Below, piece after piece: positions 10,075 to 19,253 of a DNA stretch of 64,000 nucleotides. Under the pieces are notes generated by a model, which saw only the letters and a list, made by a program, of their open reading frames with translations, made no database searches and was not told the DNA's origin. This DNA is from Escherichia coli. GTDB taxonomy: Bacteria; Pseudomonadota; Gammaproteobacteria; Enterobacterales; Enterobacteriaceae. How positions within the stretch are numbered: position 1 is the stretch's first letter; every line of letters begins with the position of its first letter. The translations under genes and the position numbers were made by a program. Location of the stretch: NCBI RefSeq assembly GCF_013315695.1, contig NZ_CP054353.1; one strand, 5' to 3'.

Positions 10075-12033
10075 TTAAAATCCATCAAGTAGCTGATTGA
10101 TACCATTGCTCTCATCACAATTTATTTGCTCTAACTCAAATAAAGCACTGTCGTACTTTATTTGGGGAGTGTTTTCAAATGACAATAAAGATTCGATTAG
10201 TCTTATTTCTTTATCTTTATTTATGTCTTTAAGTGAGTCTAAAGTTAAATTGAATTTAACTTCGGGTTGTTTTCCTACTTCCATCATGATATTTGACTCC
10301 AACTCTGGATCAGTATTGAAGAATCGATGTGTCTTATGGAAATAACTAGGTTTTCTTGATTTTAAAATACTTAGTATATCCGACTTGATAGTGCTTTCCC
10401 GTGCTATCACAAGCCAATGGTTGGCAACCCCTGTGATGGTGGTAATGATGTGGGAGCCATTTTCACTTAGTTCATTAAAGGCTCTTAAGTCACCCTTGAA
10501 AAAATCATTTAGCAACTCATTTTCTTTATCTTTATCAAAAAGGTAAATTATTGAATTGCCGGCTAATGATATTTCAGCCTTGGTTTTTATAGTATCGCAA
10601 TTAAATTGCGCGGTCTCATTTTTTAATTCTTCGTAAGATGATTTTAAGTCTAAAAGCAAGCATTTTATTATACTTGATCTGAAAGATGAGTAATCAATAT
10701 CAGCACAAAGTGAAAATAAATTTCTGTGACGAATGGATTCAGGGCTGTAATATAGCTTTGTTAATATTTCTTTTTGGCGTTCTTTTGTGTCACGACAGAT
10801 AAACATAGCTGCAAAATATTCCATTAATGATTTGTGTGACCAACGAATAATAGCGCCTTCTTTGACAAATAATGGAACGGTTTCAATTAAGTCCTGAATA
10901 AAAAGAGATGGTGAAGTTGATATTCCGGGAATTTTTGAAATGATATTTTGCAATGTTATTTGCAGATCGTCTTTCGTAAACTCAATTTTACCTCCGTCTT
11001 TCAAACACCAAAAACCTAATCTCCTTAAGACCTGATGGAAGTCAGTGGAGTCTAGCTTAGAAAATTTTTCTCTAACATAACCAAGTTCTTTAGTTAAATC
11101 ATGAGACTCATACAAAGCGTCAAATACTTGGCTATAAAATAACTCTCTTTTTCTTGGTATTATCGGTTTGAATTTATATGCACAAAATAATAATGAAACA
11201 TAAAGAGGTGTGGATAAAAATTCATTTAGATTATGACCATTCTCCAGTCGTAATCCTTTAATTAATTGAGATGAAATAGGGCCACGTCCATCATATCGAC
11301 GTAATAGATCATACGCTTGATTCGTTTCTAATGGGTTGATTTTAAATCTTGAGAAACCATGTAGTTCTGATAAGAAATTATCATGACGAGAAGTTATAAT
11401 TATTTTGCTTTCTGAGAAATTATTAGCAAAGGTACTTAGTAAATTTACGATCTTGGATTTGAGTTGTTGTGGGATTTCATCTATGCCATCGAAAAGATAA
11501 ATAAAAGGGATTTTTTTGAGGCAGTTGTCTGAAATGTCTTCTCCTAAACCAAGTTGATGTTTCACCTGTAGCGCAAAATCATAATCTTTAGCACGTCGTA
11601 ATTCAATGTATATTGGAATGTATTCCTTATTAGCGATGCAATCTAAAGCAATTCTTTTCATTAGGGTGGACTTACCCATTCCTGCTGAGTCAGTGATTAA
11701 TATATGATTGAAATTATCTAATAAATCTGCATTGTCTTTTATTAGGCATGTGTATGGTTTTTTTTCATTATCGTAATAAATGCTCATTGGCTCATAAATA
11801 TCTAGAAGCTCTACTGGAGTATTTTGAAAAGCTAAGGTATTCACAAGGGAGCATTGCCCTTTCACATTTGATAGGAAACGTTCAAGATTTTTATTCAAGA
11901 AGCGTGCTGCATGTACATCTATTAAATAATTACGAACACTACTTTCTATGATAGGTAATATTTTATTCTTAATAACCTCCTTTGCCCATGGAAGGGATGC
12001 AGAGACTAATACATCAAGAGATACTGGTTGCAT
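10075..12033 (-). CDS. NACHT-type STAND NTPase (652 aa), candidate anti-phage protein in the P4 cargo slot
   Basis: Walker A GMGKST and NACHT-type Walker B LFDGIDE; long C-terminal helical region; strongly AT-rich versus flanks; sits between cos/psu and int. Confidence 0.75.
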   Translation of the reverse strand: MQPVSLDVLVSASLPWAKEVIKNKILPIIESSVRNYLIDVHAARFLNKNLERFLSNVKGQCSLVNTLAFQNTPVELLDIYEPMSIYYDNEKKPYTCLIKDNADLLDNFNHILITDSAGMGKSTLMKRIALDCIANKEYIPIYIELRRAKDYDFALQVKHQLGLGEDISDNCLKKIPFIYLFDGIDEIPQQLKSKIVNLLSTFANNFSESKIIITSRHDNFLSELHGFSRFKINPLETNQAYDLLRRYDGRGPISSQLIKGLRLENGHNLNEFLSTPLYVSLLFCAYKFKPIIPRKRELFYSQVFDALYESHDLTKELGYVREKFSKLDSTDFHQVLRRLGFWCLKDGGKIEFTKDDLQITLQNIISKIPGISTSPSLFIQDLIETVPLFVKEGAIIRWSHKSLMEYFAAMFICRDTKERQKEILTKLYYSPESIRHRNLFSLCADIDYSSFRSSIIKCLLLDLKSSYEELKNETAQFNCDTIKTKAEISLAGNSIIYLFDKDKENELLNDFFKGDLRAFNELSENGSHIITTITGVANHWLVIARESTIKSDILSILKSRKPSYFHKTHRFFNTDPELESNIMMEVGKQPEVKFNLTLDSLKDINKDKEIRLIESLLSFENTPQIKYDSALFELEQINCDESNGINQLLDGF

Positions 12034-12036
12034 GAA

Positions 12037-13245
12037 TTATACCTTATTTTCTACGTTTAAATTTTTGACCTTAAGTCCCCACCAGTTCATTAAATCGATT
12101 CTGGTATGTAAATATGTTGAGCGGTTATATGCTCTTCTAACTTCGTTTTTGTCAGAGTGCGCTAAAGCAGCTTCAATGACATCTGGGTTAAAACCTCTTT
12201 CATTCATGGCTGTACTTGCTATTGAACGTAGACCATGAGCAACCAGCTTCCCGCCATAACCAATACGTTTTAAAGCAGCATTAGCAGTTTGGCTATTCAT
12301 TGGCTGTTTTGGGTCATTTCTACTGGGAAAAACATGTTCACGATGAGCACTGATTGGTTTCATTACCTCCAGAATCTCTATTGCCTGAGGTGATAAAGGA
12401 ACAATGTGTTCCCGCTTAGCTTTCATCCGTTCGGCTGGAATAGTCCAGAGCTTTGCGTCAAGATCGATCTCTGCCCAACGAGCACCGGAAGCTTCAGAAG
12501 GGCGCACAAGGGTCAGAAGCTGCCACTCAATTAGACAGCGAGTCGAAACAGAGAGGTTCGACATCACCAAAGAGCGCATGAGTTTTGGTAATTCTTCAGG
12601 TCGTAGCGTTGGCATGTGTTGCTTTTTGGGTTTCTCAAATGCCATACCAATACCAGATGCCGGGTTTGCATCAATCAGGCCAGTGTTGACGGCGTAGATC
12701 ATGATTTCGTTAATACGCTGCACCAGTCGACGTACAGTCTCTAGCGCCCCACGTGCTTTGATTGGCTCAAGGGTTTCAACTAGTGTTCGGGCTTTGATTT
12801 GCTGGACAGGGATCTCCCCGATGACAGGGAATACGTCTTTTTCCAGTGACCGCCATATATCTTTAGCGTAATCGGGTGTAACGCTTTTGCTTTTGAGCTG
12901 GAACCAGTTAGCGGCGACCGTTGAAAAAATACTGTCCAGAGCGATTTGCTGCTGTTCCTCTGCAACTTCGGCCTGAATTTGCGGGTCAATTCCGTTGGCT
13001 AACAAAGCAAGGTAATCCGCTCTTAACCGTCGAGCATCAGCAAGTGAAAGGGCGGGGAAAGCACCAAGCCCCATCATTGTCCGCTGTTTTGTTGCTGGAC
13101 GTTGATAACGGAAACGCCACAACTTCTTACCGTTCGTTTTAACGAGCAGAAAAAGACCATCGCCATCATGTAACGTTAGATCCTTTTCTAACGCTCTAGC
13201 GCGCAGAACTTCTGTGCTGGTCAGGGGGCGTGTCGTTCTTGCCAC
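12037..13245 (-). CDS. int: P4-type tyrosine integrase (402 aa)
   Basis: P4 integrase-like N-terminus (...GLFLLV...G.K.WRFRY) and C-terminal catalytic region (...HGLR...RAYNRS); adjacent to ssrA-derived att core. Confidence 0.9.
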   Translation of the reverse strand: MARTTRPLTSTEVLRARALEKDLTLHDGDGLFLLVKTNGKKLWRFRYQRPATKQRTMMGLGAFPALSLADARRLRADYLALLANGIDPQIQAEVAEEQQQIALDSIFSTVAANWFQLKSKSVTPDYAKDIWRSLEKDVFPVIGEIPVQQIKARTLVETLEPIKARGALETVRRLVQRINEIMIYAVNTGLIDANPASGIGMAFEKPKKQHMPTLRPEELPKLMRSLVMSNLSVSTRCLIEWQLLTLVRPSEASGARWAEIDLDAKLWTIPAERMKAKREHIVPLSPQAIEILEVMKPISAHREHVFPSRNDPKQPMNSQTANAALKRIGYGGKLVAHGLRSIASTAMNERGFNPDVIEAALAHSDKNEVRRAYNRSTYLHTRIDLMNWWGLKVKNLNVENKV

Positions 13246-13366
13246 TGTGGCCGCTCCTTCATTAATTGGTATACGCGTTTAGGTAAACATCCTACCGTAT
13301 ACCTAAACGTATACCAATAATCACTGGATTTAGCTGGATATCCTCGGACAACGGTAGACACAAAAA

Positions 13367-13394
13367 AGCCCGCAGAGCTTGTGCCATGCGGGCT
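13367..13394 (-). terminator. Rho-independent terminator next to the internal att core
   Basis: agcccgca/tgcgggct hairpin with T-run on the minus strand, ~35 bp beyond the tmRNA-3'-end copy. Confidence 0.5.
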
Positions 13395-13429
13395 TTCAGG
13401 ATTTCTCCGGACGTATCCGGAAGAGCAAG

Positions 13430-13474
13430 TGGTGGAGCTGGCGGGAGTTGAACCCGCGTCCGAAATTCCTACAT
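13430..13474. repeat. Internal att core: 45-bp copy of the ssrA 3' end (junction between P4-like element and P2-like prophage)
   Basis: tggtggagctggcgggagttgaacccgcgtccgaaattcctacat is identical to 48642-48686. Confidence 0.9.
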
Positions 13475-13589
13475 ACCATTTTCACTATAACAAAAACATT
13501 AACTTGCGTTTAAAATCATCAAGTTAGTATTATCTTATGTTTGTCCGTTTTACTCATTTTTAATGCTCTGTCGCCAATCTGTCGCCACA

Positions 13590-14240
13590 TTATCCGCTGC
13601 TTGAGTTGAAATCTGTGGGTTTACGGAGATTAGATCTTATGGTTTTTTCAGCGATACGAATAGTCGAAAATTTATGCAGGTTCATCAGTGCTATACAAAT
13701 CCCAAGTGCAAAAAAGTAGCTGGACATTCCTAATCTTTGCATATCAGTAAGTTTATTAATTTTCTCTAAAATATGTTGGGTTACTAATCCTTCGTATACA
13801 AAAGGTATGGAAGTTATAAAACCGCCAATAAAATAGAATGTTAAGCTTATCAGCTTTATAGATTTTCTATATATCCAAAAGCGATATCTTTTTTTTGTCC
13901 ATTTAAATATTTGTTTTTCACTACTAATAGAAATTAGTTTTTGACACTTGCTATAGTTATCAATGTCATTAACTGGATCGTTAACACCTAAAAGAATCTC
14001 TCTCTGTTCTGGAGTTAGGTTCTTATCTTTTGTTATTGCAGCAATACCATAATTATATGCAACTTTCTTGATTTTGGGATCTTCAGTATTCTTATATAGA
14101 TTGTATGCAAACTCGCTAATGTTTTTGCGCGAGTTGAAAATCTTATCTTTGGGGAAAACCCAGCCGGATCTTACCGCGAGCATCTGTATGATCGGGGTAA
14201 TTATCGCGACAGAATACTTAATTATCTCGTTTATGTTCAT
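13590..14240 (-). CDS. Hypothetical membrane protein (216 aa), cargo gene between attL and int
   Basis: AT-rich; soluble N-terminal ~125 aa followed by two hydrophobic helices; 14 bp downstream of int in the same orientation. Confidence 0.6.
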   Translation of the reverse strand: MNINEIIKYSVAIITPIIQMLAVRSGWVFPKDKIFNSRKNISEFAYNLYKNTEDPKIKKVAYNYGIAAITKDKNLTPEQREILLGVNDPVNDIDNYSKCQKLISISSEKQIFKWTKKRYRFWIYRKSIKLISLTFYFIGGFITSIPFVYEGLVTQHILEKINKLTDMQRLGMSSYFFALGICIALMNLHKFSTIRIAEKTIRSNLRKPTDFNSSSG

Positions 14241-14254
14241 GATCCATTGTTTAC

Positions 14255-15271
14255 TTAAATTAAGTTATAAAGAGGGTTTTTTGTTACTGCATCCTCCAGG
14301 TGGTCTGGAGAGAAGTGTGCATAAATCATCGTCATTTTAATATCTGAGTGCCCTAAAATATCACGTAAAACGAGTATGTTCCCACCGTTCATCATAAAAT
14401 GGCTGGCAAATGTATGGCGCAGGACGTGGGTGCATTGGCCTTCCGGTAGTTCAATACCGGCCCGTTTTACCGCCCGTTCAAAGGCTTTTCTGCATGGTGT
14501 GAATAATTTCCCTCGGTTTTTGGGTAGCTCGTTGTACAGATCCTGAGATATCGGTACGGTACGGTTTTTTTTACCCTTGGTCTTTGTATAGGTAATCCGG
14601 TATTTCGATAGTTGATGGCCCTGCAGGTTTTCAGCTTCACTCCAACGAGCACCGGTTGCTAGGCATATTTTTGCAATCATTAGCAGACTGGGGCTTTGAG
14701 AATCAGCACAGGCATCCAGCAGACGTTTAATTTCCTCCGGGGTTAGGAACGCCAGTTCACCCTCCGTAATTTTAAATGTTGGAAGCCCGGCAAGCGGGTT
14801 GGGGGCTGACCAGTGGCCCAGCTTTTTCAGTGTACCAAAAACAGATGATAGGTTGCGCTGTTCAAGGTTTACCGTGCGGGGCTTAACGGGTGACATGAAC
14901 GAGCCGTCTTCATTTTGGACCTCCCCCTTTAATCTGGCTTCCCGATATTTTGTGAAATCACCTGCTGTCAGCTCAGAGGCGATGGGATCGCCTAGACCAT
15001 TACAGATAATTCTAAGTTTCGCCATCAGGCGTTTGGGGTCTGCGAGTGTTTGACCATATAGGGAATACCACTGCTCAATCACTTCTGATAATCGCCGCCG
15101 ATCTTCCTTCTCACCAAGCCATGGCTTTTTGTTTACTTCGTTCATGGTGAAGTTTTCGAATGCTATGGCTTCGCCTTTCGTGGCAAATTGCTTACGCACG
15201 CGCTTGCCATTGCGTCCATTGGGATAGCACTCACACAACCATTTTCCGTTCGGCTGTTTTCTGATGGTCAT
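14255..15271 (-). CDS. int: P2-type tyrosine integrase (338 aa)
   Basis: Catalytic region motifs (...ARWSE...HVLRHTFASHF...LGHSDIKMTMIYAH); position next to att and repressor. Confidence 0.9.
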   Translation of the reverse strand: MTIRKQPNGKWLCECYPNGRNGKRVRKQFATKGEAIAFENFTMNEVNKKPWLGEKEDRRRLSEVIEQWYSLYGQTLADPKRLMAKLRIICNGLGDPIASELTAGDFTKYREARLKGEVQNEDGSFMSPVKPRTVNLEQRNLSSVFGTLKKLGHWSAPNPLAGLPTFKITEGELAFLTPEEIKRLLDACADSQSPSLLMIAKICLATGARWSEAENLQGHQLSKYRITYTKTKGKKNRTVPISQDLYNELPKNRGKLFTPCRKAFERAVKRAGIELPEGQCTHVLRHTFASHFMMNGGNILVLRDILGHSDIKMTMIYAHFSPDHLEDAVTKNPLYNLI

Positions 15272-15272
15272 A

Positions 15273-15905
15273 TCAAAGGCTCTTAATGATTTTCAGTGCA
15301 CGGCCTACTACCTCAATGTCATCCAGGCCACACTCAAACGATGAATCATCCTGATGCACTACTAATCTGTTTCCCGGGAGTCGAGTCAATTTAACAATGC
15401 TTTTTATCCCGTCGATATCGACTAACCACATACCATTCACTGGTGGTGTTTGGTTGCGATCTATTAAATAAGAATCACCAGAAGTAGTCACCAGCAGTAG
15501 GTTGCTTGAGTCTGAGGGGAGTATGCTGCTATCAATGATTGCTTTTCCAGCATCGACCAATAAACCACCGTTGAGAGTCGCCTTGTCAATTTCAGGAGAT
15601 ACTAGTTCAGAAAGAGGTACAACCTTGCTGGAGTTCACGGAATTGATATTTTTTTTAGGTTCAATGTTTGGACCTGGCTCCCCCTGTCCGGTGGTTAGCC
15701 ACAGTAAAGAAACTCCTGTTTCCAAGGCGCACTGAATCACCCACTCTGCAGGAAAACTATCTCTTAAGTATCTGTTTGCCATGGTGCTTTTTGATGCGCC
15801 TAAGTGATCGCAAAGTTGCTGTCTGGACTTGAAATCATAGGCTGCCATTAGTCTATGGATAGCTTCTCTTCCCCCTGTATTCTCTCCAGCCTTTACCTGT
15901 ATCAT
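15273..15905 (-). CDS. CI-type immunity repressor (210 aa, HTH N-terminus)
   Basis: Divergent from the apl/cox-like gene, adjacent to int; size closer to phage 186 CI than P2 C. Confidence 0.7.
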   Translation of the reverse strand: MIQVKAGENTGGREAIHRLMAAYDFKSRQQLCDHLGASKSTMANRYLRDSFPAEWVIQCALETGVSLLWLTTGQGEPGPNIEPKKNINSVNSSKVVPLSELVSPEIDKATLNGGLLVDAGKAIIDSSILPSDSSNLLLVTTSGDSYLIDRNQTPPVNGMWLVDIDGIKSIVKLTRLPGNRLVVHQDDSSFECGLDDIEVVGRALKIIKSL

Positions 15906-16024
15906 TTTTTAATCCTGTTGACGTATCAAATATTGGATCGTAGTATCTCGATGTATCAAATATTGAATCAATTAAAACGAGATAAAACGACGTAAACCAA
16001 ACCTTAATCGGGAGATACTGCACT

Positions 16025-16267
16025 ATGAGCACTGATATTTCAATTCGTGTACCAAAAGAGATGGCTACGCCTGCAGAGTTCGCGGAATGGGAAGGTATCT
16101 CCCGCGGCTCCGTGTATCAAAAAATTCACCATGGTCAGCTTGCTAAATACATGGTCAAGAAAGAAAAAAATAAAGGCCGCGTAAACCTTCGTTATCTGAT
16201 GTACAAAACTGATCAGGTCCGTGAATCCCTCGGTCATTCCAACTTCCGCGTCATTGTTGGTAAGTAA
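16025..16267 (+). CDS. Apl/Cox-like excisionase and early regulator (80 aa)
   Basis: First gene of the rightward early operon divergent from the repressor. Confidence 0.6.
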   Translation: MSTDISIRVPKEMATPAEFAEWEGISRGSVYQKIHHGQLAKYMVKKEKNKGRVNLRYLMYKTDQVRESLGHSNFRVIVGK

Positions 16268-16299
16268 GTTCAATTATGGGAACTTTCTAAGGGGGCACC

Positions 16300-16809
16300 A
16301 TGTTTGATTACAAGATTTCCAAACATCCGCATTTCGATGAAGCCTGTAGGGCTTTTGCACTGCGTCACAACCTGGTGCAACTGGCAGAACGTGCAGGCAT
16401 GAATGTACAGATTCTGCGGAACAAGCTGAACCCAGCTCAGCCTCATTTATTAACCGCACCAGAAATCTGGCTGCTTACCGATCTGACTGAAGATTCAACG
16501 CTGGTAGATGGTTTTCTGGCACAGATTCATTGTCTGCCATGTGTACCGATTAATGAGGTGGCAAAAGAGAAACTGCCACATTACGTCATGAGTGCAACCG
16601 CAGAGATCGGGCGTGTTGCTGCAGGTGCGGTATCTGGCGATGTAAAAACCTGTGCCGGTCGTCGTGATGCTATCAGCAGCATTAACTCTGTAACACGACT
16701 GATGGCGCTGGCGGCTGTTTCATTGCAGGCCCGTTTACAGGCTAATCCTGCGATGGCGAGTGCAGTTGATACCGTGACTGGCCTCGGTGCTTCATTCGGT
16801 TTGCTGTGA
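16300..16809 (+). CDS. CII-like lysogeny establishment regulator (169 aa)
   Basis: Second early gene; length equals phage 186 CII. Confidence 0.55.
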   Translation: MFDYKISKHPHFDEACRAFALRHNLVQLAERAGMNVQILRNKLNPAQPHLLTAPEIWLLTDLTEDSTLVDGFLAQIHCLPCVPINEVAKEKLPHYVMSATAEIGRVAAGAVSGDVKTCAGRRDAISSINSVTRLMALAAVSLQARLQANPAMASAVDTVTGLGASFGLL

Positions 16810-16983
16810 GGTGCTTATGCTGACGAAAGAACCATCATTTGCATCGCTGCTGGTAAAACAAAGCCCGGCAATGCACTACGGTCACGGCTGGATCATGGGT
16901 GAGGATGGTAAACGCTGGCATCCGTGCCGTTCACAAGATGAATTGCTGTCTGAATTGACCACGGGGAAACGGAGAAAGTCAAA

Positions 16984-17208
16984 ATGTATGCAGCGGAAAG
17001 TGAAGTGGTTTATCAGTTTCGTTACAGAGGGGAGAGTTATTCAGTACCTGAAGATGATTTGCTCTGTTGTTATCCGTCGTTGTCGGGCGATGGCAGTTAC
17101 TTTTTCACGCTAAAGGATGGGACGTTTTTACGAGGAGAGCAGGTTAAAGAAACGATACGAAAAAATGTATCTCCTCTCGAACGTTACCGTAAGAACAAAG
17201 AACAATAG
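16984..17208 (+). CDS. Hypothetical early protein (74 aa)
   Basis: ATG with ggagaaag upstream; protein-like composition; overlaps the tail of another frame (16817-17113). Confidence 0.4.
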   Translation: MYAAESEVVYQFRYRGESYSVPEDDLLCCYPSLSGDGSYFFTLKDGTFLRGEQVKETIRKNVSPLERYRKNKEQ

Positions 17209-17230
17209 TTGCGTTTTGGGGATATGAATT

Positions 17231-17572
17231 ATGGCAATTAATGGCGCTGCAGCGACTGTTCCATTAAGCCCCGGTGAACGCCTGAATGGACTTAATCATA
17301 TTGCGGAGTTAAGGGCGAAAGTATTTGGCCTTAATATTGAGTCAGAGCTTGAGCGGTTTATTAAAGATATGCGTGATCCACGGGATATCAATAATGAACA
17401 AAATAAACGGGCACTGGCTGCCATATTCTTTATGGCAAAAATTCCAGCTGAACGTCATAGCATCAGCATTAATGAGCTGACCACTGACGAAAAGCGGGAG
17501 TTGATTAAAGCAATGAATCATTTTCGTGCAGTGGTGAGCTTATTTCCCAGACGGCTAACCATGCCGAATTAA
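17231..17572 (+). CDS. Hypothetical early protein (113 aa)
   Basis: Co-oriented ORF in the early operon. Confidence 0.5.
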   Translation: MAINGAAATVPLSPGERLNGLNHIAELRAKVFGLNIESELERFIKDMRDPRDINNEQNKRALAAIFFMAKIPAERHSISINELTTDEKRELIKAMNHFRAVVSLFPRRLTMPN

Positions 17573-17633
17573 CCAACTAATGAAATTAATGGCGTAAACC
17601 CGCCGGGCATCCCTTTATCTAAATTCAGGAGAA

Positions 17634-17873
17634 TTGATTATGCGTAATATTGAAACCCTCTCGACTAAAACCGGACCGGATGACGCAGGGCTTAATATTT
17701 TACTGACAGAGGCTCGTCTGGAAGAACGCCGGGCAAGGGCTGAAGCAATGGCAGCTCGCCTTGATAGCCTGGCGTGTCATATCACATCCCGCCAGCTAAA
17801 CCACGTCGAAGCGGCAGAACTGCTGCGTGTAACTGCTGAAGCAATCCAGAACGAAGCGCAGGAGATCCACTAA
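17634..17873 (+). CDS. Hypothetical early protein (79 aa)
   Basis: Co-oriented ORF; stop overlaps the next start. Confidence 0.5.
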   Translation: MIMRNIETLSTKTGPDDAGLNILLTEARLEERRARAEAMAARLDSLACHITSRQLNHVEAAELLRVTAEAIQNEAQEIH

Positions 17874-18100
17874 TGGCTGATGCAATGGATCTCGTACAGC
17901 AGCGCGTTGAAGAAGAACGCCAGCGCCATATTCGTGCTGCCCGTGCCAAAACACCGGGCGTGTCTCGCGTGCTTTGTATTGAATGTGAAGCGCCAATTCC
18001 GCCAGCACGACGCCGCGCCATTCCGGGAGTGCAGCTTTGCATTACCTGCCAGGAAATCGTAGAGCTGAAAGGCAAACATTACAACGGAGGTGCTGTATGA
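17873..18100 (+). CDS. TraR/DksA-family C4 zinc-finger protein (75 aa)
   Basis: CIECEAPIP....CITCQ four-cysteine motif typical of phage TraR-like proteins. Confidence 0.65.
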
Positions 18101-18399
18101 CAAGGGCAGTGCGTATCCATCAATTAAAAATTGCACCTAAGTATTTCAACGCTGTGGTTGCAGGTCAAAAGACGGCTGAACTTCGTAAAGACGATCGTGG
18201 CTATAAAGTTGGTGATGTTCTTTCTCTTTGCGAATGGAAGCATGGCGTATTTACGGGTAGGGAATGGGCCGCTGTTATCTCTCATGTGCTTCCGGTTAAT
18301 GACGTCATGGCAGTTTCAGAACAATGGGTGATGCTATCAATTCGCCCATTAACTCCATTAGAAGCTTTGGGATATGTTATTGCAGGAGGTGCTGTATGA
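18097..18399 (+). CDS. Hypothetical early protein (100 aa)
   Basis: ATG overlapping the previous stop (ATGA), GGAGG upstream. Confidence 0.5.
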
Positions 18400-19253
18400 G
18401 CACCATCCTGAAATGGGCAGGTAATAAAACTGCCATTATGTCCGAACTGAAAAAACATCTTCCTGCTGGCCCGCGACTGGTTGAACCTTTCGCGGGTTCC
18501 TGTGCTGTGATGATGGAGACGGATTACCCCAGCTATCTTGTTGCGGATATTAATCCTGATTTAATCAACCTCTATAAAAAGGTTGCTGCTGATTGTGAAT
18601 CGTTTATATCTCGCGCCAGAGTTTTATTTGAGATCGCAAACAGGGAGGTGGCTTATTACAACATAAGGCAGGAGTTTAATTACTCAACTGAAATTACTGA
18701 TTTCATGAAAGCGGTATATTTCCTGTATCTAAATCGTCACGGTTACCGTGGTTTATGTCGCTATAACAAGAGCGGGCATTTCAACATTCCCTACGGTAAT
18801 TATAAAAATCCGTATTTCCCTGAAAAAGAAATTCGCGCATTTGCAGAAAAAGCCCAGCGAGCAACGTTTATCTGCGCCAGCTTTGATGAAACGCTGGCGA
18901 TGTTGAAAGCGGGGGATGTGGTGTATTGCGATCCGCCGTATGACGGTACGTTTTCCGGCTATCACACTGACGGCTTCACTGAAGATGACCAGTATCACCT
19001 GGCATCTGTTCTTGAACATCGGTCATCAGAAGGACATCCGGTCATTGTTTCTAACAGTGACACATCCCTGATCCGTTCGCTGTATCGCAATTTTACTCAC
19101 CACTACATCAAGGCAAAACGCAGCATCGGTGTGGCAGCTGGCGAGGGTAAATCAGCAACAGAAATCATTGCTGTTTCCGGGCCGCGCTGCTGGGTGGGAT
19201 TTGATTATTCGCGTGGCGTGGATAGTTCTGCCGTGTACGGAGTACGTGCATGA
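18396..19253 (+). CDS. DNA adenine methyltransferase (Dam-like, 285 aa)
   Basis: N-terminal SAM-binding region (LKWAGNK...EPFAGS) and DPPY catalytic motif. Confidence 0.85.

Larger units (their letters stand above)
2590..13474. mobile_element. P4-like satellite integrative element (CP4-57-like position), ~10.9 kb; left boundary approximate
   Basis: Contains alpha primase/helicase, two iteron clusters, AlpA/Vis, sid-delta-psu block, P2-family cos sequence, P4-type integrase next to a copy of the ssrA 3' end; distal att copy not identified. Confidence 0.75.

Noticed and set aside
16817-17113. First frame of the overlapping early-operon pair as a full-length gene
   Set aside because: C-terminal third looks non-coding; reported only as a finding, not as a feature.
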